Notes: a model not told the origin generated them from the letters alone. A stretch of 64,000 nt of DNA from Planctomycetaceae bacterium (GCA_031269105.1 JAISZO010000003.1:19095-83094); one strand, 5' to 3'; positions 1-10,199 are shown, counted from the stretch's first letter. Numbers and translations: made by a program.

Positions 1-1
1 T

Positions 2-1009
2 AATACCGGATTTCGCGGACCGTTTCCGTTTTACAACAATGAAATTTATTTTCCGAAACCGGCGGATTATATTGTCAAAGAAGATGAAAACGATAACGAA
101 AAAGGAACGGTTTATTCCGCAAGACCATTGAAAGAATTAACCGACGACGATGGAATGAATTTGCCTGTAGGTTTAATGCCGGCGATGTTGCCTAAAGACG
201 TTGATGAAGATTTCAAGCCGAAAAAAACTCCCGCGTTTTGGTCTTGGAAAAAAATGAATCGTTGGTTACAACAAGAAGTTGTTGTCTCCGAAGGCGAGTT
301 GTATGATGAGGGCGATACGCTCCAATTACCTGAAAAGGACGAGCGTATTCACGTCGCAATTGATCCTGAAAGCGGCGCATCCGAAGACTCAAAACTCTTT
401 TCCACAACCGGCTTGGATTTTAATTTTAAAGACAAAAACAATGAATCGCAACAGTTGCAAATAATCGCCGAAATAAGCGAATATCAAGACCCAAAATCTC
501 GCGCCGACAAAGAGCATGTAAAAAAAATCTTACGCAAACTGGACGAGTTGGACGCGCTGTATCCGCTTGGCGGCGAAAGACGATTAGCGCATTGGCGAAC
601 CGTTTCTCGTAACGGTATTTTCCCCGCGGCTTCGGATTGGTTGAGGAGCGTCAAAGAAGGCGATAAAATTCGGATGGCGCTTGTAACTCCGGCACGATTC
701 AATAACGGTTGGCGACCGGGTTGGTATAATTGCAAAAAAGATTTAAGAACAATTCCCAACACAGACGTACAAGTCGAATTGAAAGGCGCTATTGTTGAAC
801 GCTGGTTGCCGATTTCGGGTTGGTCGTATCAAAACAACACGCCAAAAGCAACAAGACGATTAGCGCCTGCCGGAAGCGTTTACTTTTTTGAAGTCGTCAA
901 AGGCGGCGATTTGAGCAAAGCATGGCTGCAAAGCGTCGGCGACCGCGAAGGAGAAGACGGACTTGGTCTTGCCTTGTTCGGAAAATGGAATTACCACTCG
1001 CAATCATAA
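2..1009 (+). CDS. cmr3: Cmr3 (type III-B RAMP subunit), 5' end cut by window edge
   Basis: Frame is open from nt 2 (NTGFRGPFPFYNNEIYFPKPAD...) with no start in the window. Glycine-rich C-terminus GLGLALFGKW. Lies directly upstream of cmr4-cmr5-cmr6. Confidence 0.7.
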   Translation, partial: NTGFRGPFPFYNNEIYFPKPADYIVKEDENDNEKGTVYSARPLKELTDDDGMNLPVGLMPAMLPKDVDEDFKPKKTPAFWSWKKMNRWLQQEVVVSEGELYDEGDTLQLPEKDERIHVAIDPESGASEDSKLFSTTGLDFNFKDKNNESQQLQIIAEISEYQDPKSRADKEHVKKILRKLDELDALYPLGGERRLAHWRTVSRNGIFPAASDWLRSVKEGDKIRMALVTPARFNNGWRPGWYNCKKDLRTIPNTDVQVELKGAIVERWLPISGWSYQNNTPKATRRLAPAGSVYFFEVVKGGDLSKAWLQSVGDREGEDGLGLALFGKWNYHSQS

Positions 1010-1111
1010 CGCGAATCAAAATCATTAACGAAATACTATTGTTATAAAACAGTATTTTACTTTAACCACTAACAAAAAATTTAACAAAAATTATTGTCGA
1101 GGATTTCAACT

Positions 1112-2029
1112 ATGGCAAATTCTAAAATGTATTTTTTGCACGCATTGACGCCGCTTCATGTTGGAGCGGGACGTGGACTTGGTTATATTGACCTGCCAAT
1201 TGTCCGCGAAAAAGTTATGAATTTCCCTTACGTTCCCGGCTCTTCAGTCAAGGGAGTTATCGCCGAGAGTTTCGGCGCAAGCGAAAAAGAACGTAAAAAT
1301 AATCAGGAACTTAAAGTTGCTTTCGGCGTGAGCAACAATGAAAAAAATGATAGCGGTGAAAAATCATCGAACAGCGGTTCGTTAGTGTTTACCGATGCGC
1401 GTTTGCTTTGTTTGCCGGTGCGTTCGCTTTACGGAACATTCGCATGGGCAACTTCGGCAACAATTTTGCAACGATTCCAACGCGACGGCGAAAGTATCGG
1501 AAACAAAAAGTTAAACTACGATATTCCTACGATCAACAAGGATTCTGACGCTTTGGTTACAAAAGAAAGCAAGGTTGTCAAGGATGATAAAATTTATCTT
1601 GAAGACCTTGACATTACTGCGCGAACAGATGCGTTGGCTGATCATTGGTCTGGCTATTTTGCCGAAAAACTTTTTTCAGAAGACAAAGAACGCGATAGTT
1701 TCAAAAATCGTTTCATCATTTTGTCCGATAATGTATTTAATTTTTTGTGCGAAACCGGCACGGAAGTTTCGCCGCACATTAGAATTAACGACGAATCGAA
1801 AACGACGTCGGATCACGCGCTTTGGTATGAAGAGGCGTTGCCGACAGAAACGATTTTAAGCGGCGTCGTTTGGTGCGATAAAATTTACGGCGATGCAAAT
1901 CAAAACCAAACAGATTTACTTGATACTTACACGAAACCGAAAAACAATATTTTGCAATTCGGCGGCAAGGCAACAACAGGTAAAGGAATTGTTCGCTTCA
2001 TTGCCGAAAATGAGAAAGGAGGAAACTGA
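1112..2029 (+). CDS. cmr4: Cmr4 (type III-B backbone RAMP, target-RNA cleaving subunit)
   Basis: N-terminus LHALTPLHVGAGRGLGYIDLPIVRE...PYVPGSSVKGVI is the Cmr4/Csm3 RAMP signature and includes the Asp in GYIDLP. C-terminal G-loop FGGKATTGKG. The ATG at 1112 is preferred over the TTG at 1094. Confidence 0.85.
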   Translation: MANSKMYFLHALTPLHVGAGRGLGYIDLPIVREKVMNFPYVPGSSVKGVIAESFGASEKERKNNQELKVAFGVSNNEKNDSGEKSSNSGSLVFTDARLLCLPVRSLYGTFAWATSATILQRFQRDGESIGNKKLNYDIPTINKDSDALVTKESKVVKDDKIYLEDLDITARTDALADHWSGYFAEKLFSEDKERDSFKNRFIILSDNVFNFLCETGTEVSPHIRINDESKTTSDHALWYEEALPTETILSGVVWCDKIYGDANQNQTDLLDTYTKPKNNILQFGGKATTGKGIVRFIAENEKGGN

Positions 2030-2030
2030 A

Positions 2031-2429
2031 ATGTCTGGCGCTCAACTTTTAACTCGCGATCAAAAACTCGCGCAAAAATCGTTTCATGTTGTAAAAGAAC
2101 GTATTGACAACAAACGCAATGATAAAAATTACAATAGTAAAGAATACAAATCATTTGCAAAAAGTTTCCCTTGTCTTATTCACACTTGCGGTTTAATGCA
2201 GGCAATCGCTTTTGCGTGGAAAGATAAAAAGAAAAAATTGGTGTTGGAAGATTTTGTAGAAATTCTTTCGGAAATTGATGAAATTGATTTAACCAACTGC
2301 GAAAATTTTATCGAAGAGACCTCAAAACTCGACACGACTCGGTACATGAACCGAACGCGCTTTGCAATATTAGCTGCCGGTTGGTTAAAACGTCAAGTCG
2401 ATGCGTTAATTCAAGGAGAGCGACAATGA
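2031..2429 (+). CDS. cmr5: Cmr5 (small subunit of Cmr complex)
   Basis: 132-aa protein starting MSGAQLLTRDQKLAQKSF, sitting between cmr4 and cmr6. Its stop overlaps the cmr6 start (ATGA). The call rests on position and size. Confidence 0.65.
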   Translation: MSGAQLLTRDQKLAQKSFHVVKERIDNKRNDKNYNSKEYKSFAKSFPCLIHTCGLMQAIAFAWKDKKKKLVLEDFVEILSEIDEIDLTNCENFIEETSKLDTTRYMNRTRFAILAAGWLKRQVDALIQGERQ

Positions 2430-3481
2430 TACAATCAATACGAGATTTGTTGAAAGATATGAAAGATGGCGATCACGCCGAACTTTTGTTGTCGCGCTAT
2501 TTGAAAGTACAAGAATCATCCGACAAAAATGAACGTACCGCTCTTTTTAAACGGGCAAAAAACGCAACCAAAAATGTGAAGGAAATTTATGAAACCGCAT
2601 TTGACCGTTGGAAAAAATTTGTTATAGAAAATTGCGATGTACGTGAATTTCATATTGATCAACGAATGATTATTGGTCTTGGCGGCACGAATATTTTGGA
2701 AGCGGGTTTAACATTACATCATACTTACGGAACGCCGTATATTCCAGCTTCAGCGTTGAAAGGGCTTTGCGCTCATTGGTTCGCTGATTTTTTGGCGACG
2801 AAAAATAATAAAAATGACGACAATGCTAGAGAAAATCCTGATTACATTAAAATTTTCGGCAACACAAATAATGCCGGTAGAATTCAATTTTACGATGCGT
2901 TAATTTTTCCAAAAAGTTTAGAAAAAGGTTGTTTGTGCGACGATATTATGACTCCGCATCACGGCGATTATTACAACAGCGACGGAGAAGTTGCGCCAAC
3001 GGAATACGATTTGCCGGTTCCTGTCGCATTTTTATCCGTTCAGGGAAACTTTCTTGTTGCCCTTTCATGCGAAGATAAAGACGACGCCGGTAAAATATCT
3101 TCGAGAGGTAAGAAGTGGCTGGACTACGTTTGGACAATGTTAGAAAATGCCCTTGCCCAAAATGGAGTCGGCGGAAAAACAAATAGCGGATACGGATTCG
3201 GGACTTTGCGCGAGTTGCCCAAACCAGTTCCGCCGCCTAAACCTGCCTTACGAAAAGGCGATATTAAAAAACTCATTCGCTTGTCGAAGAAAGAAGCGGA
3301 AAAATACGGTAAAACGTTCTTGTTTAAGGATGAAGATGGAAACCTCTGTATCGTAATGGGAAAAGAAGAAACGGAAATTAAAAAACGCGTTCCCAATTCG
3401 GGAGATACTATTGAGCTTGTATTTGAATCGGAACAAACGCAAAATAATACAAAATTTTTGAGATTTCAATTGAAAAAGTGA
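2426..3481 (+). CDS. cmr6: Cmr6 RAMP with an extra ~90-aa C-terminal extension
   Basis: GLGGTNILEAGLTLHHTYGTPYIPASALKGL RAMP motif and G-rich loop GGKTNSGYGFG. After the loop comes a PKPVPPPKP linker and then a further Lys/Glu-rich domain. Confidence 0.8.
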   Translation: MIQSIRDLLKDMKDGDHAELLLSRYLKVQESSDKNERTALFKRAKNATKNVKEIYETAFDRWKKFVIENCDVREFHIDQRMIIGLGGTNILEAGLTLHHTYGTPYIPASALKGLCAHWFADFLATKNNKNDDNARENPDYIKIFGNTNNAGRIQFYDALIFPKSLEKGCLCDDIMTPHHGDYYNSDGEVAPTEYDLPVPVAFLSVQGNFLVALSCEDKDDAGKISSRGKKWLDYVWTMLENALAQNGVGGKTNSGYGFGTLRELPKPVPPPKPALRKGDIKKLIRLSKKEAEKYGKTFLFKDEDGNLCIVMGKEETEIKKRVPNSGDTIELVFESEQTQNNTKFLRFQLKK

Positions 3482-3703
3482 ATGACTCGCTTAAACTTTT
3501 TTATGCACGAAAAAAATAAGAAAATAAGGTAATTGAAACAACAACAAGACCTTCGCTGAAAATTCCGCCGAATAATTGCGTTAATTTTAGTTCATTCAAC
3601 AATACTAGGTTACGTAATTACAAAAATATATTCATAAATATATTTTTCAATGAGGCGTAAACGATTACAATTTTTCTTTGTTAGATAAAAGAAAAGGTTT
3701 TTT

Positions 3704-5071
3704 ATGACAAGAATTTTTATTTCGACATTGGGAACGAATGATTATGAAGAATGCAACTATGTCTTTGACAATGACAAAGAAAAAACGTATCAAAGTCGTT
3801 TTATTCAAGAGGTAACGATTCGGCATTTTTGCAAGAATTGGGATTCCAATAAAGGAGATCGCATTTGCATTCTTTGTACCAAAGGAGACGGTGGCGCAAA
3901 GAAAAAGAATTGGATGGATAACGGACAATTTGAGAAAGATGAACATGGACCACTAACGAAGAAGCCAAAAACTTGTAGGGGGTTAGAATCTACTTTGAAT
4001 GAGATGATCAAGGAAGCTGATTATAGCAAACTAAATATTATTGATAGTTGTATTGAAATCAACGACGGCAAAAATACCGATGAAATCTGGTCTATTTTTG
4101 ACGCAATTTATTCTCGCATCGAAGACGGAGACGAAGTTTATTTTGATATTACTCACGCATTTCGTTCAATCCCTATGTTGATAATGGTTGTTATTCCGTA
4201 TGCAAAGGTTCTTAAAAATATTACAATTGCCAATATTACGTATGGAGCATTTGATGCAAGGGATAGTAAAACAAAAGAGGTTCCGGTTTTTAACCTGACT
4301 GATTTCGTGAAGTTAATGGATTGGACAAGTGCGGCGAAAGAATTTGTCGATTATGGAAAAACAGCTTCGTTAAAAACACTCATAAACATGGACAACGAAC
4401 CTGTTCTCAAGGCAACCAAAGGAACAGACAAAACCGCACAAATATTAAAAAAATCAATGAGAGGAATAGAGGAATTTGCTGCATCAATCTTTACAAATAA
4501 TTTACAGGAAATCTACAACTTTAATATCAAGCCGTCTGTTGAAGAACTGAAAAAGGAAAACGAAAACAATATAAAAATCAAACCCTTTGTGCCGTTGATT
4601 GAGAAAATTACTAAGAAAGTTAGTTGCTTTAATCGGAATGATTGGAGTAATGTTTTTGAAGCAACGCAATGGTGTGTTAATCACGAAATGTACCAAAACG
4701 CCTATTCAATTCTTTTAGAAGGAATAATCTCTATCTCGTTGGAACAAGTAGGCGAACCATCAGATAAAAAATCCGGTTTTCGTAAATTGCCCGTTAACGC
4801 TGCGGAAGTTGTGAGGAAATCAGAGCGAAATCTAATCGAAAGTAGAGAGGAAAATATACAAGATCTTAACGATAAAGAAAAAGAAATTTGTGAAAAAATT
4901 TGTGGAATTTATTCGAAAGAAATTGCTCAGAAAATTTGCAATCTCAATAGTTATCGTAATTCTTATATGCACGCTGGAACCGGAGAACCTATACCGAGAG
5001 ATGTGACAAAAAAAATTAGTGAATACAAGGAAATTCTTGAAACATGGTGGGCGTCCTTGCCTACAAAATAA
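3704..5071 (+). CDS. csx1: CARF-HEPN effector, Csx1/Csm6-like (TM1812/TIGR02221-like CARF)
   Basis: N-terminus MTRIFISTLGTNDY and DITHAFRSIP (4145-4168) are CARF signatures. C-terminal RNSYMH (4955-4972) fits the HEPN R-x4-H motif. Confidence 0.75.
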   Translation: MTRIFISTLGTNDYEECNYVFDNDKEKTYQSRFIQEVTIRHFCKNWDSNKGDRICILCTKGDGGAKKKNWMDNGQFEKDEHGPLTKKPKTCRGLESTLNEMIKEADYSKLNIIDSCIEINDGKNTDEIWSIFDAIYSRIEDGDEVYFDITHAFRSIPMLIMVVIPYAKVLKNITIANITYGAFDARDSKTKEVPVFNLTDFVKLMDWTSAAKEFVDYGKTASLKTLINMDNEPVLKATKGTDKTAQILKKSMRGIEEFAASIFTNNLQEIYNFNIKPSVEELKKENENNIKIKPFVPLIEKITKKVSCFNRNDWSNVFEATQWCVNHEMYQNAYSILLEGIISISLEQVGEPSDKKSGFRKLPVNAAEVVRKSERNLIESREENIQDLNDKEKEICEKICGIYSKEIAQKICNLNSYRNSYMHAGTGEPIPRDVTKKISEYKEILETWWASLPTK

Positions 5072-5102
5072 ATAAATCTTTAACTACCAAAATCAATGTA
5101 TT

Positions 5103-5501
5103 ATGTCCAAAGCTTACTGTCTCCTGAACCATGCTCTTACCGCGAATCAGCTAACCGAGTTGCGCGAGAAATTTTTTGCAGCGGAAATTATCTATCCGCC
5201 GAAGGAACTTGCGTTGTTATGGAGCGAGATTCCAACGGTATCGGAATTGACTGTTGGACATGTTGCGCCGTTTGTTGAGTGGTTATCCGGCGCGGAGTCA
5301 GGGACGGTGGTTGTATTGCAAGGGGAAGCCGGCGCAACTTTTATGCTTATTGATTATTGTTTGCAGCGAAGATTTGTTCCGGTTCATGCGGTAACAAAAC
5401 GAATCGCTCGTGAAACGCGTAATGGCGAAACGATTCATCGCGATTATATTTTTGAGCATGTTTGTTTTCGCCGTTATTTTTATTATCGTGATTTCAATTA
5501 A
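5103..5501 (+). CDS. Small type III accessory protein, Csx20-like
   Basis: 132 aa. N-terminus CLLNHALTANQLTELREKF and C-terminus ...KRIARETRNGETIHRDYIFEHVCFRRY resemble my memory of the Csx20 family. It lies between csx1 and cas1. Confidence 0.4.
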   Translation: MSKAYCLLNHALTANQLTELREKFFAAEIIYPPKELALLWSEIPTVSELTVGHVAPFVEWLSGAESGTVVVLQGEAGATFMLIDYCLQRRFVPVHAVTKRIARETRNGETIHRDYIFEHVCFRRYFYYRDFN

Positions 5502-5653
5502 ACTTGTTTTTTACGAAACATGAGAACAGTTTGTTATTTGCCAATAAAGATTTTTTGGCGGATAGAAATGGCAACTCATAATTGCAATGATAATAATTGC
5601 CTAAAATATTTTGTCCAATAAATCAACAATCAATTCTAAAAAACATTACAAAA

Positions 5654-6682
5654 ATGCGGCAACTTGGGAATATACTTTACATAACAAAACAAGGCAGTTA
5701 TGTTTCGCGCGACGGAATGAATGTGGTGATTACGTTTGAGCGGCAAGAGTTGTTGCGGTTACCGATTCACACGATTGAAGGAATGATTTGTTTTGGCAAT
5801 GTTTTAGTAACTCCATTTGCGTTAGGTTTTTGCGGAGAGAACAAGGTTACGGTTTCATTTTTGACGGAGAATGGTCGTTTTCTTGCGAGATCAACCGGAG
5901 CGCAGTCTGGTAATATTTTGTTACGCCGCGCGCAACATCGTGCGAGTTCTGATGCGGACGGAGTTGCATTGGCGGCGCGTTCTTTTGTTTCGGCGAAGGT
6001 TGCAAATTCACGGACGATATTGCTTCGTTTTTTACGAGATCATTCTCCGGCGGACGTCTCGGCAATTGACGAAGCGGTTCATCGACTATCTTTATCATTA
6101 CAAGAATTAAAGCGCCCGAATACGATTGAGCGTATTCGCGGAATCGAGGGTGATGCGGCGAGAGAGTATTTCAGCGTTTTTGATCAACTTATTTTAAGCA
6201 ACAAGGCGGATTTCTATTTCAGGGAACGTTCGCGTCGTCCTCCTCTTGACAATGTGAATTCATTGTTATCGTTTTTTTATTCAATATTGGCGCATGATTG
6301 TACGTCTGCCTGCGAGAGCGTTGGTCTTGATCCGCAAATGGGGTTTCTTCATGCGGATCGTTCGGGGCGTCCGTCTCTTGCGCTTGATTTGATGGAGGAG
6401 TTTCGTTCTTGGTTAGTAGATCGTTTTGTATTGAAACTTATTAATCTTTCGCAGGTTCACGGTAAAGATTTTTTGCAACGAGAGAGTGGTAGCGTTGAGT
6501 TGTGCGAGAGCGTGCGTCGCGCGGTATTGAAAGCGTGGCAGGAGCGAAAGAAGGAGGAGATAACACATCCGTTTTTGGGTAAGAAGGTTTCGTATGGTTT
6601 ATTGCCGTATATTCAGGCGCAACTTTTGGCTCGTTGGTTGCGTGGCGAGTTGGATGCTTATCCTCCCATTTTTTATCGTTAA
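5654..6682 (+). CDS. cas1: Cas1 integrase
   Basis: MRQLGNILYITKQGSYVSRDGMNVVI..., IRGIEGDAAREYF, GFLHADRSGRPSLALDLMEEFR are typical Cas1 motifs. The ATG at 5654 is preferred over the upstream TTG. Confidence 0.9.
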   Translation: MRQLGNILYITKQGSYVSRDGMNVVITFERQELLRLPIHTIEGMICFGNVLVTPFALGFCGENKVTVSFLTENGRFLARSTGAQSGNILLRRAQHRASSDADGVALAARSFVSAKVANSRTILLRFLRDHSPADVSAIDEAVHRLSLSLQELKRPNTIERIRGIEGDAAREYFSVFDQLILSNKADFYFRERSRRPPLDNVNSLLSFFYSILAHDCTSACESVGLDPQMGFLHADRSGRPSLALDLMEEFRSWLVDRFVLKLINLSQVHGKDFLQRESGSVELCESVRRAVLKAWQERKKEEITHPFLGKKVSYGLLPYIQAQLLARWLRGELDAYPPIFYR

Positions 6683-6730
6683 TTTTAGCGTTGGTCAATT
6701 TACAAACAAAAGCGAAAGTGAAGTAGAGGT

Positions 6731-7021
6731 ATGTTGGTTTTGATAACCTACGATGTGAACACGGAAACGCCGGAGGGACGGAAGCGTTTGCGGCATATTT
6801 CAAAAATATGTGTGAATCATGGTCAACGCGTGCAAAATTCGGTATTTGAGTGCAAGTTGGATATGGCGATGCTTATCAAATTGCGTTCAATGCTGGAGAG
6901 AGAAATGAACAAAGATAAGGATAGTTTAAGAATTTATCATCTTGGCAACGACTGGCATGGCAAGATTGAACATATTGGCGCAAAAGAAACTTATGATCCA
7001 GATAAACCATTTATCGTGTAG
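6731..7021 (+). CDS. cas2: Cas2
   Basis: MLVLITYDVNTETPEGRKRLRHISKICVNHGQRVQNSVFEC is the canonical Cas2 N-terminus. 96 aa. Confidence 0.9.
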   Translation: MLVLITYDVNTETPEGRKRLRHISKICVNHGQRVQNSVFECKLDMAMLIKLRSMLEREMNKDKDSLRIYHLGNDWHGKIEHIGAKETYDPDKPFIV

Positions 7022-7173
7022 TATGTCGTTCATAACCGGAAGAATAACCTATTCTTCAATAAAAACACAATACCAATTTTCAAAAACTTATTTACGCACA
7101 ATGATTAAGACGGGTGAAATAATTATTTTAACAATATTTCAGCATTTCAGCGGGATTTTTTATAACCTTTTTT

Positions 7174-7929
7174 CTATCGTTTTAAAAACTGTTCCGCGAA
7201 GAGTAAATCGCTTATTGTCGTAATTTTAATATTGGAACGATCGGACGGCACGATTTTTACGAGACGACCAAGATTTTCAACCAATTGCGCATCATCGGTG
7301 ATATTCGTTACATTCTTGCGGTTGGCGTAAGCATCTATAATGAGTTTTTTTTGAAAGACTTGCGGCGTTTGCGCTTCCCATAAATTATCACGAGGAATCG
7401 TTTCGATAATGTCTTTCGTTGAGAAATTTTCTCCTTTTTTTTCAATTTGAATTGTCGGAACAGTTCGCTTAATTGTTCCAACAAGCGGCGACGCGAGAAT
7501 TGCCGCTCCAAATTGCTCCGCTGTTTGAAAAACGTCATGAATTTGTTGTTTTGTCACGCAAGGTCTTGCCGCATCGTGAATTGCAATAAAATCAATATCT
7601 GTTCGTACATGTTTCAAAGCATTTTCAATCGATTCAAAACGCTCTTGTCCGCCCATGACTAATTCTAAACGCCATTTGTTTATCTGTTCCGAAAATTTTG
7701 TTTCAAAAAATGAATAATCTTCAGGAGCAACGACAATAATTATCTGATCAATGCGTTTATTTGTTGCGAAAATTGAAACGCTATGTTCCCAAACCGATTT
7801 CCCGCAAAGTGGAATGAACGGCTTTTTATCCGAAATATTTTTTGCATAAAGCGTATTTTTCGAATCTTTGAATCTTGCGCTTTTTCCCGCTGCAGCAAGA
7901 ATAACAGAAAACCGGTTGATAATTGTCAT
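7174..7929 (-). CDS. ispD: 2-C-methyl-D-erythritol 4-phosphate cytidylyltransferase
   Basis: ILAAAGKSARF P-loop-like motif, AIHDAARP, and a length of about 250 aa. Confidence 0.8.
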   Translation of the reverse strand: MTIINRFSVILAAAGKSARFKDSKNTLYAKNISDKKPFIPLCGKSVWEHSVSIFATNKRIDQIIIVVAPEDYSFFETKFSEQINKWRLELVMGGQERFESIENALKHVRTDIDFIAIHDAARPCVTKQQIHDVFQTAEQFGAAILASPLVGTIKRTVPTIQIEKKGENFSTKDIIETIPRDNLWEAQTPQVFQKKLIIDAYANRKNVTNITDDAQLVENLGRLVKIVPSDRSNIKITTISDLLFAEQFLKR

Positions 7930-7938
7930 AGTAAAAAC

Positions 7939-8505
7939 TTATTTTGCGCGGCTGAGGTACTCGCCAGTTCGCGTATCGACTTTAATGATCTCGCCTTCCA
8001 CTAAATAATCCGGCGCTTGAACGGCGATTCCGGTTTCGAGTATTACCGGTTTGGTACGCGAAGTTGCCGAATTGCCGCGAACAACCGGATCGCATTTTGT
8101 CACTTTCAACTCGACAGTCGGCGGAATTTCCATGCCGACGCACTCTTCGTTATAAATCAGAACTCTAATCCCTTCAAGAGATTCCGTCACATACTTCATT
8201 TCTTCCGAAACGTCAGCCGCCGCAATAGAATACTGATTGTAATCAAGCTGATCCAAAAAATAACACGCTTCAGAATCGGAATACATGTATTTGGCTTCAC
8301 GCCTTCGAAAATCCGCGTCTTTTAACGAATCGCCGCCGCGAAGCGTGACGTCAACTTTTTGTTTTGTGATCAGATTTCTGGCGCGATATTTATAAAGAGT
8401 GGCGGCTCCTCGCGCCGAAGGCGTTTGCACATTAACCGTTTCAATAATACATGGCGATTCGTTGTAAACAACGACGTCGCCTCGTTTTATGTCTTTTGCG
8501 ATCAT
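7939..8505 (-). CDS. Elongation factor P family, YeiP/EfpL-like
   Basis: Loop TPSARGAATLYKYRARN matches the YeiP-type SPTARGAATLYK loop. 188 aa with an EF-P three-domain length. Confidence 0.75.
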   Translation of the reverse strand: MIAKDIKRGDVVVYNESPCIIETVNVQTPSARGAATLYKYRARNLITKQKVDVTLRGGDSLKDADFRRREAKYMYSDSEACYFLDQLDYNQYSIAAADVSEEMKYVTESLEGIRVLIYNEECVGMEIPPTVELKVTKCDPVVRGNSATSRTKPVILETGIAVQAPDYLVEGEIIKVDTRTGEYLSRAK

Positions 8506-8840
8506 ATTGTTCTCTCGTAGCTTTCTTTGTTATTTTGAAAATATTTAATAACTTGAGGTAATCCTATCTTTCTTTGAATATGTCTCATATTTAATGATTT
8601 AGCGCAAAATTTTATTATAGTTTAAAATATCCTGCGACGTCGCTCAAGGGGGCGGGCGACAAAAAACTTTTTTCGCTTACAAAATAAATAAGATAGAAAA
8701 TTTGTTTATTATTTATAAAGATTCGAAACAATTTGACTCCTTCAAAATAATTTGAAATTTGATATAATCATACGTTTTGCGTTGTGATTCATTCAATTTT
8801 TTGATGATAAAAACAGAAACATTCCTTGAATAAAAACAAT

Positions 8841-10088
8841 ATGACTACCAATAATTATCATGATGAGGAAGTACGCGAGGATCAGCCGACGGAGAATATG
8901 CATCCGTTTACGATCAACGTTTCGGACCGCGTGAAGCGGTTGCCGCCGTATCTTTTTGCGGAAATCAATAATCTCAAATATCAAAAACGGCGTGCCGGCG
9001 ACGATGTGATCGATCTCGGCATGGGAAGTCCGACCGATCCGCCGCAAAAGGCGGTGATCGAAAAACTTTGCGAAGTGGCCGGCGATCCGAAATTACACGG
9101 CTACAGTCACGCGAAAGGAATGTTCAAACTTCGCCGCGAAGTCTGTTTGCGGTATCAGAAAAAATTCGGCGTAACTCTCGACCCGGAAACGCAGGCGGTT
9201 GTTTGTCTCGGTTCCAAAGAGGGATTTAGTCACATGTGTCTTGCGCTGTTGGGACACGGCGACACGGCGATTGTTCCCGCGCCGTCGTATCCGCCGCACT
9301 TGTACGCCGTTGCGCTGACCGGCGCAAACGAGTTGATTCTCGACGTGACCAAGCCGGAAAGATTGCTCTCCAACATCGCAATTACCTGCGAAAATCTTTA
9401 TCCGAAACCGAAACTCCTTGTCGTCAATTATCCGCACAATCCGACGGCAACGATTGTTGAGCCGGAATTTTACGAAGATATTGTCAAGTTAGCGAAAAAG
9501 TACGGTTTCATGATTATCAGCGACACGGCTTACGCGGACGTTTGTTTTGACGGTTATCAACCGCCGAGTTTTTTGGCGACGCCTGGCGCGTTGGACGTCG
9601 GCGTGGAACTGACCACGATGAGTAAGGGTTATAACATGGCGGGATGGCGGGTCGGCTATTGTTGCGGCAATACGGAAATGATTCGCGCGCTTTCGACAAT
9701 CAAAAGTTATTACGATTACGGAACGTTTGCGCCGATTCAGATTTCGGCAATTATCGCCTTGCGCGATACGCAGGACGCGGTCGAAGCGCAGGCAAAAGTT
9801 TATGAAAAACGGCGAAATATTTTGTGCGACGGCTTAAAGCGTCTCGGCTGGGAAGTCAACGTACCAAAAGCGACAATGTTTGTATGGCAAAAAATCCCGG
9901 AACAATGGGCGTTTATGGGATCGTTTGAGTTTGCCATGAAACTTCTGCGCGAGGCGGACGTGGTTGTCAGCCCCGGCATTGCATTTGGCGCGGCGGGAGA
10001 AGGATATTTGCGCATGGCGATTGTCGAAAAAGAAGACCGCATACGCCAAGCCGTGCGCCAAATCGGACGCTGTCTCGGAAAATCATAA
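8841..10088 (+). CDS. PLP-dependent aminotransferase, class I/II
   Basis: [11 protein letters not shown]..., NYPHNPT, and [13 protein letters not shown] carrying the PLP lysine. Confidence 0.8.
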   Translation: MTTNNYHDEEVREDQPTENMHPFTINVSDRVKRLPPYLFAEINNLKYQKRRAGDDVIDLGMGSPTDPPQKAVIEKLCEVAGDPKLHGYSHAKGMFKLRREVCLRYQKKFGVTLDPETQAVVCLGSKEGFSHMCLALLGHGDTAIVPAPSYPPHLYAVALTGANELILDVTKPERLLSNIAITCENLYPKPKLLVVNYPHNPTATIVEPEFYEDIVKLAKKYGFMIISDTAYADVCFDGYQPPSFLATPGALDVGVELTTMSKGYNMAGWRVGYCCGNTEMIRALSTIKSYYDYGTFAPIQISAIIALRDTQDAVEAQAKVYEKRRNILCDGLKRLGWEVNVPKATMFVWQKIPEQWAFMGSFEFAMKLLREADVVVSPGIAFGAAGEGYLRMAIVEKEDRIRQAVRQIGRCLGKS

Positions 10089-10199
10089 AATCTATTCGTA
10101 ACATTTCATTAAAAAGTATGCGTCAACAACAACTTCAATATCCTTTTGCTTCATTTCAATCCGAATAGAATCGAAGATAAAATAGAGAGAGTATCCATA

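Noticed and set aside
1893-2030. Upstream extension of the cmr5 ORF, and likewise the TTG-initiated extensions of cas1 (5597), cmr6 (2381) and tyrS (55337)
   Set aside because: The extensions overlap the preceding genes or add non-conserved residues. Internal ATGs give N-termini that match the family patterns.
3510-3539. A-rich 30-mer ending in ATTGAAAC, the typical 3' end of many type III/I repeats, between cmr6 and csx1. Considered as a possible solitary degenerate repeat.
   Set aside because: There is only one copy with no partner. The 8-mer also occurs by chance elsewhere (for example near 31552). The similarity to known repeats comes mostly from A-richness.
6942-7223. 93-aa ORF overlapping the cas2 end, considered as an extra cas-associated gene
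   Set aside because: It overlaps both cas2 and the 3' end of ispD, has low-complexity composition and has no supporting signals.
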